DNA from: Octopus sinensis
Lineage: Eukaryota
Direction: 5' to 3'
DNA: 64,000 nt
NCBI RefSeq assembly: GCF_006345805.1
Contig: NC_042999.1
Span: 135,966,001-136,030,000 of the forward strand
Numbering within the stretch: position 1 is the stretch's first letter; each line of letters begins with the position of its first letter. Both the position numbers and the translations under genes were made by a program. Positions 39,887 to 54,230 of the stretch are shown here, piece after piece. Below the pieces are notes generated by a model. The model had not been told where the DNA came from and made no database searches. It saw only the letters and a program-made list of their open reading frames with translations.

Positions 39887-41995
39887 ACTTTCTTGTACCA
39901 CTTCTGGAGTTTTGGCACTGCCATTCCTAATTTCTCTAAGATATATGAGAAACAAAATCTGGGAAGTGGCCATATTCAAAATTATTTGGAAAAAGGGTAA
40001 ACAGGAATTTTACACTACTGTGTACTCAAAATAAACTATAGCTTCACGTGAGATCACAATTAAACTAACTGAGAGCAAAGCCTTCATATTCAGTTGATGC
40101 ACAGGAATAGTTTGCAGAAAAGCACTATGAAATTAATTCCATCAAATTCCCAGAAAACTTGTAAAAATAGTTGCCTGCTTTATTTACCAGGGGGACCTAA
40201 TCACTAATTGAAGTGAGTGCTGTGAAAGAAAAGTAGCCAGACTAAGTGTTGGGGTGAGAACAGTTTGGAAAGTTATCACATCTGCTGGTGATAAAAGAAT
40301 TCTCTCCCATGTGAAGGCCATATTGTATTGAACATTTGCATGGTAGTAAAACTTGGGCAATGAATGCAAAGGATGTGTCAAGGCTGGAGAGATATGAAGT
40401 GAAAATGCTATGCTGCTTGTGTAATGTTAATGTAGAGGAATGACAGAACAGAGATGAGCGGAGACAGAAAAGGAGGTATGAAAGGTATCAGCTGTTATGA
40501 GAAAATTGTGGGAAATATGGGTATTGAATAAAATGTCGCATATATGATTACACTCTATAAACTTCCATTATATGTCTATATTGAGTACTTTTATCCTCTT
40601 TATTAACACCTACGTACACACATAACATATATATACATATACATGTATATGCATACACGTTAAATATAAAGAGCTAAGATGTTAATGTAAATGATATATA
40701 TTATGCTTATAATATCTAATCTATCTATCTATCTATCTACCTGTCTGCCTGTCTGTCTGTCAGCCTATCTATCTATCTAAATATATAAATATATTTATTT
40801 ACTCATTTATTTAGAGCTGAAGTTTCACTTTGCCACCACTCAGTTTACTGTCCCCTTCACTCCCCACCCTATATGCACATACACACACACACACACACAC
40901 ACAGAAGCATGTACATATACACATCTGTATAAAATAAATGCACAATAAATGCACAAACATAGTGTGTGTGTGTGTGTAAATGTGTATATTTGTTTGTAAA
41001 TTTGAAGTTATTGAATTTTAAAGAATTATCTGGCACAATCCTGAAAACCAGAAAAATTGAGAACCATATTCCAAAAATGTGTAAATATTAATACATGTTG
41101 GTATATTATTATCTTATATGTTTATTCTGAAATCAATATCAGTAGAATTTATCTTGTCCTTCTCTCTATATATGTCACACTGCATCCTTTTTTCCAATAT
41201 CTTTCTCTCATTCTCTCAACATTTCTCTAAATCTTCCCCTTCATCATTATCTTTATTCTCATCACCCCCCACTTTTTCTGTTTCTTATTCTCTTGCTTTT
41301 CTCAATTCTCTCACCCCTTCTCTTACTTCTTTTCCTTTATTTCAAAACCCCTTCAGCATCTCAACTTTCTTTCTGTTACTCATATTTCTATAATTTAGTT
41401 ACTAAACCATCTCTCTTGCAGAATATAAATGATGTAATATTAGGGAGTAGATGTAATTTTGTTTAGAGATTTATGCTATAAGATGAAATTTTGTAATTCT
41501 AGTGTATAAAATATAGAAATACATAGGAGGCAAAAAGATAACAGCTATAAATATAACACTGACAATTTATTAACCAGAAATATTTCATAAATTTATTTAT
41601 GAAAAGAAAGACCATTATTAAAATCACGCTGTTCCACATTCTGTGAATAAAATTCCAAATTTGCAACTTGCCTTATAGCATTAGAAACTAAGAACTTAAT
41701 GCAATTTATTTTCACTTTCTTAATCTTCTAATTGTCTCCACAGATCCTGACAGTCATCACAAAAGAAAAAAAATAAAACTTTAATTCTATATTATTATCT
41801 CAAATGCTAAATTTTAAACATGACACTTGCTGTATGTTGACCAAAAAACACTACTGGAATATCTGTCAGAAAGGGAAGTGCTTTTCTCTCTGGGAAAACT
41901 GGCTGCATAATATTTTCAAGAAGAAAACTTGGTTAGTGCCAAGTGCATGTCGTGACAATGAGCTGAAGAGATTTTATGGAAACGAGCAGGAATTT

Positions 41996-42051
<56 letters not shown>

Positions 42052-42812
42052 TGATACATGCATGCATACATAGTAATAATAATCCATGGATGGAATTTAT
42101 AGACATTTTAATGCATTGCTATGCGCATTTCGACAAATTACATGTTTCTTATGATCATAACCCGTATTCCTGGGATGATTAGAGTACAATCCATAGTATT
42201 CATGAACATTGGGTGGATCATAGTTCATGCCTTCATTTCATCAGGTGATATAGCATTAAAGAGGGAATTATATGGATTGTACTGTAATCATCTCAGGAAT
42301 ACAGACTATGGTTGTAAGAAACATGATTTGTGGAAATGCATGTAGTGATGCATTAAAATATTTAAAAATTCCATCCATAGATTATTATCATTATTACTAT
42401 AGTTATCCTACATTATATTGGCACTGTTTGGTACAACCCCATAAAACTGCTACTGCAAGTTGGTATCATTAGGCTGTAGGTAACATAATAAAATAGAGGC
42501 TTTTGTATGCATACGCAAAAATGCCTCCCGTAAACGAACTTAAAGGATCTCTCTCTCTCTCTGTATATATATGTATGTATGTATGTGTGTGTGTGTGTGT
42601 ATATATATACATATATACATATATATACATAATAATAAATATTAGGGAATAAATCCAAATTTAAAGGGAAAAAATCAGATTTAGGATTAAATCCAATTTA
42701 ATAGTAAAATATTATATAATATTAATTAGAGACAAAACCACTATTTTGCAAAACAAACAAGGAAAGACTTAATCAATACATAAAATTTTAATAAAAAGTA
42801 AAAAAAAAAACG

Positions 42813-42856
42813 CCACTACAATTGTTTCATGTCTTCTAATGACAATCTTCAGGTGG
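42813..42856 (-). ncRNA. Minimal type I hammerhead ribozyme, exact inverted copy of 42917-42960
   Basis: The 44 nt are the reverse complement of 42917-42960. Confidence 0.85.
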
Positions 42857-42916
42857 ATTTCCGATCTAAGTTTCATGATAAAAAAAAGAAAGATATTGAT
42901 ATTTTAGATCGGAAAT

Positions 42917-42960
42917 CCACCTGAAGATTGTCATTAGAAGACATGAAACAATTGTAGTGG
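42917..42960 (+). ncRNA. Minimal type I hammerhead ribozyme (Penelope-like element type)
   Basis: CCAC-CTGAAGA-T-TGTC-attagaa-GACA-T-GAAA-C-AATT-G-TA-GTGG. Stem I CCAC/GTGG, core CUGANGA and GAAA, stem II TGTC/GACA, palindromic stem III ACAATTGT, GUA cleavage triplet (cut after 42956). Confidence 0.85.
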
Positions 42961-43085
42961 CGGTTCTTTTAACTTTTTATTAAAATTTTATGTATTGATT
43001 AAGTCTTTCCTTGTTTGTTTTGCAAAATAGTGGTTTTGTCTCTAATTAATATTATACATATATATATACATATATATATATATAT

Positions 43086-43136
<51 letters not shown>

Positions 43137-43866
43137 CAAATATTCACAAATACAATTCAAATAACATGAAGATAATGTTGGCTTGGGTATTCCAGGATGA
43201 AGTTAGCTAGCACCGTTGCTTCAAAATAACTAAACTATTGATATTTTCACAAATATGTAACAAGTGGTTGCTTAGTAACCACCTATTCTTCAATTGCTCT
43301 TTAAAATGCTCACACCATGCTGAAGAATTGCCATAAAAATAATATAACACCTTAATAGTTTGCATCCAATCCAAAAATTGATTAATTGTTGTATGAAATT
43401 AATTCTTAATTATGAATTATAATTTGTAAATTGCAGTTGTAACCAAAGGTCCCTATTTCTAGTGCTGTTGAATTTATTTTTTACAATTACAACGGATAAT
43501 TAAAAGAGCGGCTATAATTATTGGGTGCCTGTTTTGATCACTAACGTTAAGGGAGGTAAAATTTTGAAACAATAAGACAAAAACAAACCCAGCTATATTT
43601 AAAATTAAGTTTTAGCTATGACAAAGCAATTTAAAAGATAACTTGTACAAACAAAATGATGAGGTAATGAAAACTGAAGTTTGTAAGCATACATTTTGAA
43701 TGTGAAGCATAATTTGAGTTAATCCATCATATATGACACTAGATATTACGCAAATATTCTGTTTCTGTTGTTTCGCATATCAGCAGTTTTGTCAGTGGCT
43801 TCAAGGCAAAAATAATGCAGCTGAATAAAGAAGATGAATCAAATGGAGATAACAGAATTAGAGTTG

Positions 43867-43900
<34 letters not shown>

Positions 43901-43958
43901 TGTATGTATGTATGTATGTATGCATGTGTGTGTTTGTGTGCATATGTGTTTGTATGTG

Positions 43959-44019
<61 letters not shown>

Positions 44020-44559
44020 ATGTATACATATATATATAAAGCATCACAAAGTTTGCTCAGAGTTTGGAGAAAGATAGATTCAAAATGTTTTTTCAAAAAT
44101 GATGGGGAAATTCAGTCAGATTTTTTCAAATGGTAGTAGTTTAGCAAATCTGCTGTATGAACAGAATAAATCTTTCAGATTTACTAAGTCCAGGTAAACT
44201 AAACATTAATTCCCACACAGACACAAGCCTAGAAATTCTGAGGAGGAAAATAGTCAATTATACCAACCATTGTACTTGACTGGTACTTATTTTACTGATC
44301 CTAGAAGGATGAACAGCAAAACTGACCTTGGTAGGATTTGAACTCAGAATATAATGAGCCATAATAAACACCACAAGTAATTTTGTACAATGTTCCAGTG
44401 ACTCTGCCAAGCTACTCTCCTCATGGTAAGCTAAATGTTGAGTGCTATTTGTATGTTATAAGATTCAGAAGGTATGGAGAGAGCTTCAGGAAAAATATGT
44501 GAAGAAAACAAAATAAAGAGGCATTATCTGATTATTTGATAGCCAGTTATTAATGAAAA

Positions 44560-44835
44560 AAAGTTTAAGTAATATACCATGGGAAATACAAGATTAAGAC
44601 TTATCTCTTGGAATTAAAAGCTAAGACTAATTCAATGAAGTAAATATTAAGAAAAGGACCATGAAATTAAGATTAAGACTAATCCATGGAAAGTAAAATT
44701 AAGACAAACTTTTACAGAAGTAATGACTAAGATTGATATCTTGAAAGTAAATATTAATTATGATCCTGTAAATGTACAAATTAAGACTAACTTTCATAGA
44801 AGTAGAAATTAAAACTGACTCCTTAGAAGTAAAGC
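44560..44835. repeat. Degenerate tandem repeat of about 30 bp
   Basis: Recurring attaagact...catggaaagtaaa motif. Confidence 0.55.
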
Positions 44836-45771
44836 TTACCAGAGCCCAGAAGCAAACAAAAGTGACAGTTAAGTAGACATTATGTTATAGATTCCTCAAA
44901 TGTACATCACAATACAACTGATGTTACTGCTATTGTTCCTTTTGAGTGGCAAAATCAATCAATAGAGCATCAAGCAAAATGCCTTGTGGTATTTATTGGT
45001 GTCTGTTTATATTCTGAGTTTGACTCACACCAGGGTCAACTTTGCCTATCATCTTCTTGAAATCAATAAAATAAGTACCTGTCAAGTACTGGGTTTGATA
45101 CAATCAACTGTTTCTTTTACCCCAAATGTATAGGATTTAAAACCTTAGTAAGAAATCAATATGAAGTTCAGATGAGAACAACCTAGATATATCATATAAA
45201 TAGCAGTAACATATTTCACCAATAATGATATTATACTGTACATGGAAACAAATAGAGTATTATGACAAAATTTAAAGAAATCTTCAAGCCTAGATTTTGT
45301 TAGTTTTCTTTTTTATTCTGTGTTCTTCACATTTGAAAATAGCAAATCTATACTTTTCAGATATAGTTTTGTAAGATTTTTATTTCTACAAACAGAGAAT
45401 ATATTTCACAGAACTAAAGCAAAATATCTAAAGTTAAAGCTTACGCCTTTCTAATTTGGCCAACTTAAAAAAAAATTGGCATACTTTGATTCAAGATTCA
45501 CAGATGTTGAAGTAAATTTATTTATTTTAGTTGATACTGTAGTGCTATTTATTTAATTATATATTTTTATAATACATTTGGTGAACAAAAATAGAGTTGT
45601 TGGTTATAGATTTGAAACAAACCAATCATTGGTTTACTGATATTTCTGACAGTGAAAGTGATGAAACAGTTACTGTGCAACTGGAACAGAAGAAATACTA
45701 CCTAAGTATTTTTAATTAAAAAACACCAGTTTTTCATTTTCCCAGTTCCTTGCCGATATTCAAAGATGAAT

Positions 45772-45810
<39 letters not shown>

Positions 45811-46758
45811 GGGCTTCCACAGTTTCTATCAATTAAATTTCACTCACAAGGAAGGCATCAGTCATCCTGAGGCTATAGTAGAAAACAGTTGCCCAAAGTG
45901 GGGTTGAACCCATCACCATGGAGGTGCAAAGCAAACTTTCTAATCACTTTACTTGAATGATCAGCTGACACTGCAACTGACTCTTTCTTGAAGTTATACA
46001 GTTCTCATGCACAAGAGAGTTAAAATGCTATGTGCTGCTTCAATGAAAGAAATAAGTTGAATTTTAAAGCACAGGTTTCAGCATAGTTCTGATATCTCCA
46101 TAGTTAAGTGAGTTTCTTTCTTTTTATCCACTTTATCCACAATAACTTGCAGGCATAAGAAAGAAATAATACAGGAATTGGGAAATAATTCTATTAAAAG
46201 CAATGTGATCAGGTACAGGTCATATGTTTAAGCACAGATATTCAAACACTCATGTTGCAATATGCATGTATTCAAGCAGATATGTTCAAATATACACGTG
46301 TTCAAATGTGTTCAAGCACATATTCAAAGAGATGTGTACAGATATGCGCTTAAGATTATATGTGTCTTCAAACAGACACCTGTTGTAGTGAACAAGTTGA
46401 CCTGTTTAAACACATACATTCAAGCCGAAAAAATACTATCGTAATAACTGCAGATTTCTATTACCATACAAAACTTAAAAAAACCAAAGAAAAAAAAGTA
46501 ATTCCATCAAATTGTCATTTATTTTAATAGATATTCAATTCAATATCAAATTATTCAAGCAGACATTCGATTGCGCTTTGTTATCAGATTTAATGAATTA
46601 AACAAAAGGTGATCTCATTATAGTAAGAGATGGGATTGTCTTATATAACATTATGAAATAATGGTTTTCTTCTTTGTGATCACACAGGATCACTTATAAA
46701 TGTATAAACACACACACATACACAGAGTCAAGATACATACATTTAAAGACACACTCAC

Positions 46759-46806
46759 ATTGTCTCCCATGGGAACATTTCTTATGAAAGGATCAATGAG
46801 AAATAA
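46759..46806 (-). other. Candidate 48-nt spliced exon of unknown affiliation
   Basis: Acceptor attatcttttcctttcAG and donor GTGAGT both fit consensus. Phase-0 frame LFLIDPFIRNVPMGDN is open. No homology recognised. Confidence 0.35.
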
Positions 46807-47867
46807 CTGAAAGGAAAAGATAATCAACAGGTTTAAACTGTCTAAATCTTCTCCCTGAACAAGGATAACGAAGCTAAGAATCAATCTCATGAATTAAAAC
46901 TTGATAATATTGATGATATTGATAAAAATATTGATTATTCATGATGTAGATATTTTCTCAGTGTTGGCAATGATAGAAGCTTTCCTTTCAGAAGCAACCA
47001 TTAAGGCTGGAATACACAATATATTCAACCATTTTCAATACTGAAGTTAGATATTTTCCTGACTACAATGCCTTGTAATAAAAATGGTATATGGTTATTG
47101 TGTGAAATGTTAGAGTAATTCAAAGTCAGAAAGAGAATTCATTAGTTCTCTCTTGAAAGAAACAAACATTTGACTGTGAAAAAAATAAATCAAAATTGAG
47201 ATGCAAAATATGGAAAATAATTTTAATTATCCAATAATCATTTACAATTAAAACAATTTGTGTTTTGACATTCGTAAAAATATTACAGAAATTTGTGCTG
47301 AGTTGTTAAAAACTTAAAGAAAAAAAAACATCATCAGAACAATAAATTTAAAAATCAGCTTGATCAAATTATGAACACAACATCATCAAAACAACAACAA
47401 TTATAACTATAGAGAAAGGTGCAGAAATGAAGAGGACAAAAAAGTTAAGAATTGAATGAACTGAAGGTAAAATAATTAAATTACAGGTGAAGGAATTGAG
47501 AGAAGTGTAAAGGAAGAATACTGGTTAGAAACATAATAGCTATTTGCCATATAGAATACACATGCATATCTGCTAACACATGTACTTTGTTTTACATAAA
47601 TATTAGATGTATGTGAATACATGCTACTCATATATCCACATGTATAAAACATAACATACCCACATAAGTGTTTGTGTGTATGTGCATGTATGTGTATGTG
47701 CATATGTGTGTGTGTGCGTGTGTATGTGTATAGAGTGTACATAAATTAACTGTGCATTTTGATGAAATCCAAAACTTTTATGTAATTTTTTTTATCAAAT
47801 TATGTTGATCGTGTTTGTATTGTACTCTGCACAAAATTTCTATGTTCTATGTACACTGTACATTGTA

Positions 47868-48706
47868 CAGGGTATTTCAAACTTTATATTTGCTTTTTTA
47901 ATCTTTTTCAGAGCCCTTTAATAATGAATTAAGAAAAGTGAATCTTTGTTGTGATAGCCCATATCATACGAGAAAAATGCAATGACATCTGTGAAAAGTT
48001 TGAGAGGGAATTTAGAAAACCTGGACCTCATTGAAATGTGATCCGTTCACTGGTGAACAAATTTAAAAGAACTCGATCCATTCATAATGAGAAAGGAAAA
48101 GGACAAAAAAAGATAGCCACCCATATGATTAAACAAATTCAACATTTGTTTGAAGATGAACCAAGAACTTCAACAAGAAAAGCCAGTCAACAACTTAATA
48201 TCCCTCAGTCAATTTTGGTAACTTATTTTCTTTATTCATAAAGTTACATCAAAAGCAGCCAAACTCGGAACTGTTAGAGGAGATGTATGCCATTGTGTAG
48301 AAAAAATACCAGATATTGGTTGACAGAAAGTGAGTTCTTCTGCAGCAAGACAATGCAAGACCACAAATTGCTTGAACAACTCAGAATAAACTCAAGGAAC
48401 TTGAGGGAATTGAGCTGATGCCACATCCAGCATATAATCCAGACCTAACTCCCTCAGATTATTACTTGTTCTGATCCTGTGCTCATGATGTTTCATCAGC
48501 CAAAAGGAGGTGGAAGCTTCAGTGAAGGAGTTCTTCACTTTCAAGGACAAGAACTGTTATCAGTATGGAATCAAAGAACTGGTAGACAGGTGGTTTCAGA
48601 CGATGCAACATGATGAACTCTAATTTGAATGCTTGGCTGCTTTTATTGTAACAATGAATAAAGGAAATAAGTTACCAAAATTTTGCAAAACTTTTGACTC
48701 AACCCA
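47868..48706 (+). mobile_element. Two fused Tc1/mariner remnants: an N-terminal HTH fragment and a mariner C-terminal fragment
   Basis: IQHLFEDEPRTSTRKASQQLNIPQS (about 48130-48210) is followed by LQQDNARP, LMPHPAYNPDLTPSDYYLF and GIKELVDRW, then a TIR-like end caaaacttttgactcaaccca. Confidence 0.8.
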
Positions 48707-48776
48707 CACACACACACACACACACATACTCATAAGCACATGCAAACAAACGTTTTCCTCAATATATAGGAGTTTA

Positions 48777-48839
<63 letters not shown>

Positions 48840-50854
48840 CCAGCCTCACCTGGCACCTGTGCAGGTGGCACGTAAAAAGCACCCACTACACTCTCGGAGT
48901 GGTTGGCGTTAGGAAGGGCATCCAGCTGTAGAAACATTGCCAGATAAGACTGGAGCCTGGTGCAGCCTTCTGGCTTCCCAGATCCCCAGTCGAACCGTCC
49001 AACCCATGCTAGCATGGAGAACGGACGTTAAACGACGATGATGATGATGATGATGAAAACAAAGGATGTGTGTGTGTATGTGTATGTCTGTGTGTGTAGT
49101 ACATATGCATTTCCACAGTTTTCAACAGATTTTCACCAAACTTTACACATACATTACTTATGTGCCAATGATGGTCATGCACTATAACATTTTGTCCGGA
49201 GCTCTGCATAAAATGAGAGACTGGGAAAAGCAGTGTTTTATATGGGTTTTTCTCTAAAAACTTCTGCAGTTTTCAACCGATTCTCTCCCTTTTCTCTCTG
49301 TTTATTTCTCTCTTCTCTCTTCTTCTCATTCTCTGCTTCTCTTACTTACACATCTTCTCTCTCACCCTCTGTAATAGTTCCTCTCTTTTAGTCTATGTCT
49401 GTTTCTTTCATTCTCTCTCTCTCTCTTTAACTCACTCACACACTAACTTCTGTCTAATTGTGTTACAGCTTTTGTACATTCTCCCTGAAAATTAATTTAG
49501 TTATTTAAAATTTTTGTTCACCAACATTACTTATTTAAAAATTTTTGCACTCTGTCTATTTAAATACACTATTTACAATTCTCCCTCTATCGAAAAACAT
49601 TGTGGGTGCAGTTGTGCATGTGTACGTATGACTGCTATGGGCGACATTCAGTCAATAAGCCATTATTACAAACCAATGAGATTTCAACCATGCCACTGAG
49701 TGCTCATGCATTAGAAAAAGCTATCCTAAAGCAACTCAAGTTTTTTCACATAAGCTATTTTCTTTTAGAGCTTTATATGCTCAAACAGAGTTTGTAACTT
49801 CTGCCTACAAATTGACTTCCTTGTATTTAAATTAGTCGTGCATAAAAATCTCTGTTATTACAGTTTTTGTATGTTTACCCTGAAAAAAAATTTAGTTATT
49901 TTTCATTTTTGTTCACCCAGTGTGTTTAAATTCAGTTTTGCCACATATGCCTAAAAATTGACTTCAATGCATTTCAATTTTATCATGCATAAATATCTTT
50001 GTCTTTACAGTATTTGTACATTCTCCAAACAAAAGTTAACTGTGTGTCTAGTACGTATACATTTCTACAATTTTCAACTGATTTTCACCAAACTTTACAC
50101 ACACATTACTTATGTGCCAAGGATGGTCATGCACTATAACATTTTGCCTAGAAGTCCTGCTTAAAGCAAGAAATTGAGGAATATGGTGTTTTACATAGGT
50201 TTTTCTCTAAAAACTTCTGCACTTTTCAACCAGTTTCTTCTGTTTTCTCTCTCTAAATTTTTCACACTCCATGTATTTAAATTTACTTTTACTACATTTG
50301 CATTTTGCAACTGAAGCTTCTAAACTCTGAGATAATGCCACTTAAGAAAAGAGCCCATATTGGTTGCAAAATCAGAGACATCAAAGAGAAGGAAAGCAAA
50401 TGAGTCCTAAAACGAGACTGCACAAAGACATTCACAAAATGCTGCTTGCACAACCACTGCAAGAGCCATGGAAAGTGAGGAGCAGCATAGCAGTCGCCAG
50501 ATCAGAAATGTTTCAATAACAACTTCAGTACATACTAATAAGTCACAGTGTATTATTTGTTGTACAAGGGATGCTACAACAACTGCTTCTGTGCAAGTTG
50601 CAGAGAACAAAAAGCAGCACACCATTCACCATGCCTGGAATGCTACAGCAACTGCTGCTGTGTGAGCTGCAAAGAATGAAGAATATCACGCCATTCACCA
50701 TGCCAAGAATGCTATAGCAACTGCTGCTGAATGCTGCAGAGAACAAAGAACAGTGCACCATTCACAATTCTTTTTTTTTCGTTAGACTAGAAAATAAATG
50801 TTCTTAGAATGATGAATAATTCACACCCCAAGCAACGCCGGGTACCTCTGCTAG
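48777..50854 (+). mobile_element. Non-autonomous Helitron with internal duplication and a decayed N-terminal ORF fragment
   Basis: 5' end A|TCTATATA. 3' end has hairpin cccaagcaacgccggg followed by CTAG|T. Duplicated block about 49090-49285 and 50040-50250. Decayed MPLKKRAHIG..RRKANES..ETAQR..ESEEQHSSR at 50335-50500 resembles Helitron RepHel N-termini. Confidence 0.7.
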
Positions 50855-52182
50855 TAAGCGATAAACCTGTTGTTTTCTTGAAACTAATGGAGGTTGAGAA
50901 ACGTGTCTTTTCTTGGAAAAGATGCTAGTTTATCACATAACATAAGCTTACTAATCAACACTAGTTTATTATGGAGTTGATCCAATTTGAATTTTTAGCA
51001 TCTCTAATATTCATAATCAAATGGCTGTTGTTTATTTCCTATCAACAAATCTTCAGATGTTTCTTTTCCGTCACCTGAAATTTGCGTAATCTTTTTGTTC
51101 TTTTTCTATAAATAATTTCAATTTTTAGAAAATGTAATATTTCCAATTATAATTTAATGACAAGATAAAAAGACTGTGAACTCTGGATGTTAAACTGCTA
51201 ATTTTATATAAATAAAAAAAATCTAATTTCATACTAGCAGAATAATTTACCAGGTGAATGAAATTGCATGTAATATCAAACGCCCTTTCTAGTATAGACA
51301 AATATCATTAATATTCTTTATGATAATGGAATATATTTTCAAAAAAGAAAAAGAAAAGAAAGAATTGTAAATTGTAGAGAAACATGTGTGAGTAATGATT
51401 TGCCAACCATGTAGTACTTAATGTGTCATAAATTATAGTCATCAGATAATGTGAGGAACATGTGTGAAATGTAGAATAACAAATGGGAGTCACATGCACG
51501 CTCCTTCCAATGAAAATCAGATACATATGCACACACATACACATATACTTATACTTAAATATACAATGCACAGATATGCTTATATAAGTTTTCTTGCATA
51601 AGTTTAGGCGTATATATTCTTATATCCACATTCACACATGGAGTATCATGAATAAAGGGAAAGGAAAGGAAACGATGTAGTAGAGGAAAGTGAGAGAATG
51701 ATAGATAAACGGGTTGTTAGGTTATCATCATCTACGCGTGTCGTGTATGTATGTTTGTGTGTGTGTCGCAAGAGTGTTTGTTTGTGCGTGTGTGCATGTG
51801 CATGTGTGTGTGAGTGTTTATATACATTGATAAATACACATAGGCTAATGCATGGCTGTGGTTAGAAGTTCATTTCTCAACCACATGGTTTTGGGTACAG
51901 AACCCTTGGGTAGTTTCTTGAGAGAGTGTCAGAAACTGTGTAGAAATCTGTTGTGTGCATGTGCGTTTATGACTGCCATTAAGTTAACACCTTTTCAAAA
52001 TCAATGTTTTAGGATCCATTATAACAACAGAATAAAATTCAAGATGGTGCCACAGTATGGGCTTAGTATAATGACTGAAACAAGTAAAAGAATGAAAGAG
52101 CAAAAAATGTAGATAACTAGAGAGATAAATAGATCGAGGCTTCTCAAATCTAACACTTTGTCTTTCTTTCTGCCTGACTGTT

Positions 52183-52217
<35 letters not shown>

Positions 52218-52232
52218 CTATCTTATCTAGAT

Positions 52233-52281
<49 letters not shown>

Positions 52282-52472
52282 GGATGGATAGACAGAGAAT
52301 TAGATAGGTAGAGAGATAGGGGGAAGGATATCCATCTCTTCAACTTGCTGGGTAACAGATAGAAGATGAATCTATCTAACAAGCTACCTTGCTAGATATA
52401 CAAACAGATTTACTTAGAGATAAGACTTTACCTTCTAACTAGAGAAAGAGAAATAGAGAAAGATAGATAGAT

Positions 52473-52508
<36 letters not shown>

Positions 52509-52716
52509 GGACAGAGAGAGAAGGAGAAAAAAGTTAGGAGAGGAGAAAAAGTATGATTTGACTAAAACCTCAGTCCTTTCAGCTCATGCAATTACAACAA
52601 TGCATGCAACATAAAAAAATGCACAAAGCAAAAAAACAAAAAAAGACAAAACAAAAACAAAACAAAAACAAAAAAAAATCAACAACAAAAAACTGAAACA
52701 CAAGCAATTAGAGCAG

Positions 52717-52950
<234 letters not shown>

Positions 52951-52989
52951 TTACGAATTTTTTATATACAATATATACAATATACATAA

Positions 52990-53296
52990 ATCACGTGATC
53001 ACGTGACCGACCAGACCATCAGATGTAGTTACACATCGCTGGTCACAATGCGTTCGCATTGTTTTAGCCTTCGAATGACGCCACCCCACTGGCTAAGCGA
53101 GCAGGCCGACAGAAGAAAGAGTGGGAGAAAGAGTGGTAAAAGAGTACAGCAGGGATCACCACCCCCTGTCGGAGCCTCGTGGAGCTTTTAGGTGTTTTCG
53201 CTCAATAAACACTCACAACGCCCGGTCTGGGAATCGAAACCACGATCCTGCGACCGCGAGTCCACTGCCCTAATCACTAGGCCATTGCGCCTCCAC
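52990..53296 (-). mobile_element. Young tRNA-derived SINE (third family) in the TMEM245 intron
   Basis: Minus-strand head gtggaggcgcaatggcctagtgattagggcagtggactcgcggtcgcaggatcgtggtttcgattccc with A/B boxes and retained CpGs. Related copies at about 2908-3170 and 7630-7880. Confidence 0.8.
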
Positions 53297-54062
53297 ATAT
53301 ACATAAATATATATTTGTATCTATATGTATTCAACCATCTATCATCATCAGGTAATTACAGGCAAGTGGGAGAAATGGAATTTTATACCTGGTTATTTGA
53401 ATTTCATGTTTCTAGCTGTATATGAAGTATCATCATCATCATTTAACGTCTGTTGTCCATGCTGGCATGAGCTGGACAGTTTGACTAGGGCTGGTAAGCT
53501 GAGGGCTGCACCAGATTCCAGTCTCATTTTGCATAGTTTCTATGGCTGGATGCCCTTCCTAATGCCAAGTACACACACACACGTGCACACACACACACAC
53601 ATATACACTTCAGCAATGTAACTACACATGTGCTATTGGCAATTTCTTTTCCTTCTTTGAACTTTTCCCTTTCTCCTTTCTGAGAAAAAAGCTATGCTTG
53701 AAGTGTCAAAAATCTCTCTTTTCACTGAGCAGCAAACTAATGCATTCCTTGTGCATGTCCCCTTGTTGTCTGTTAATTCTATTATTCATTTATTTGAATA
53801 GATTGTTTATTTGAATTGACTAATGTGTGTGTATATATATATATATATGCATGTGTGGGTGTATCTGCCCTGCTATCTATCTGTCTGTCTGTATGTATGT
53901 GCATATATATATATATAAGGCAGACAAATCACAAATCCCTTCAAGTAGATATAGCCCTGCTTGATCTGTAGAAAAGGCATAGGTAGAAACTCCATAAGAT
54001 GTACCCAGTGTAAGCTATGTACACATAAGAAGGTGCAGCAATATCAAAGGAAGACTATTATT

Positions 54063-54199
54063 TACATTTGACAGTTATTTGTCCTCATCTTGTTTGTTGT
54101 TTATATGTTTCAGTTGATAAACACTCCAGCCTTCATCAGGTGTCTTGGGGAAATTTCAAACCTGGGTTCTCATTCCTAAGGTATTTTTCGATGTTGTTA

Positions 54200-54230
<31 letters not shown>

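Larger units (their letters stand above)
42630..43056 (-). mobile_element. Non-autonomous hammerhead-bearing element: long copy plus inverted partial copy, inserted in (TA)n
   Basis: Near-perfect inverted arms at about 42715-42869 and 42904-43056 with a spacer of about 34 nt. Unpaired tail at 42630-42714. Flanked by TA/TACA microsatellite. Confidence 0.75.

Noticed and set aside
44840-44920. Strong minus-strand donor CTG|GTAAGC
   Set aside because: Stops in all frames just upstream and no good acceptor.
51010-51062. Minus-strand CTGAAGA...GAAA motif
   Set aside because: Stems II and III are too weak and there is no repeat context.
53215-53296. tRNA gene
   Set aside because: The tRNA-like sequence continues into a SINE body repeated elsewhere in the window; it is a SINE head.
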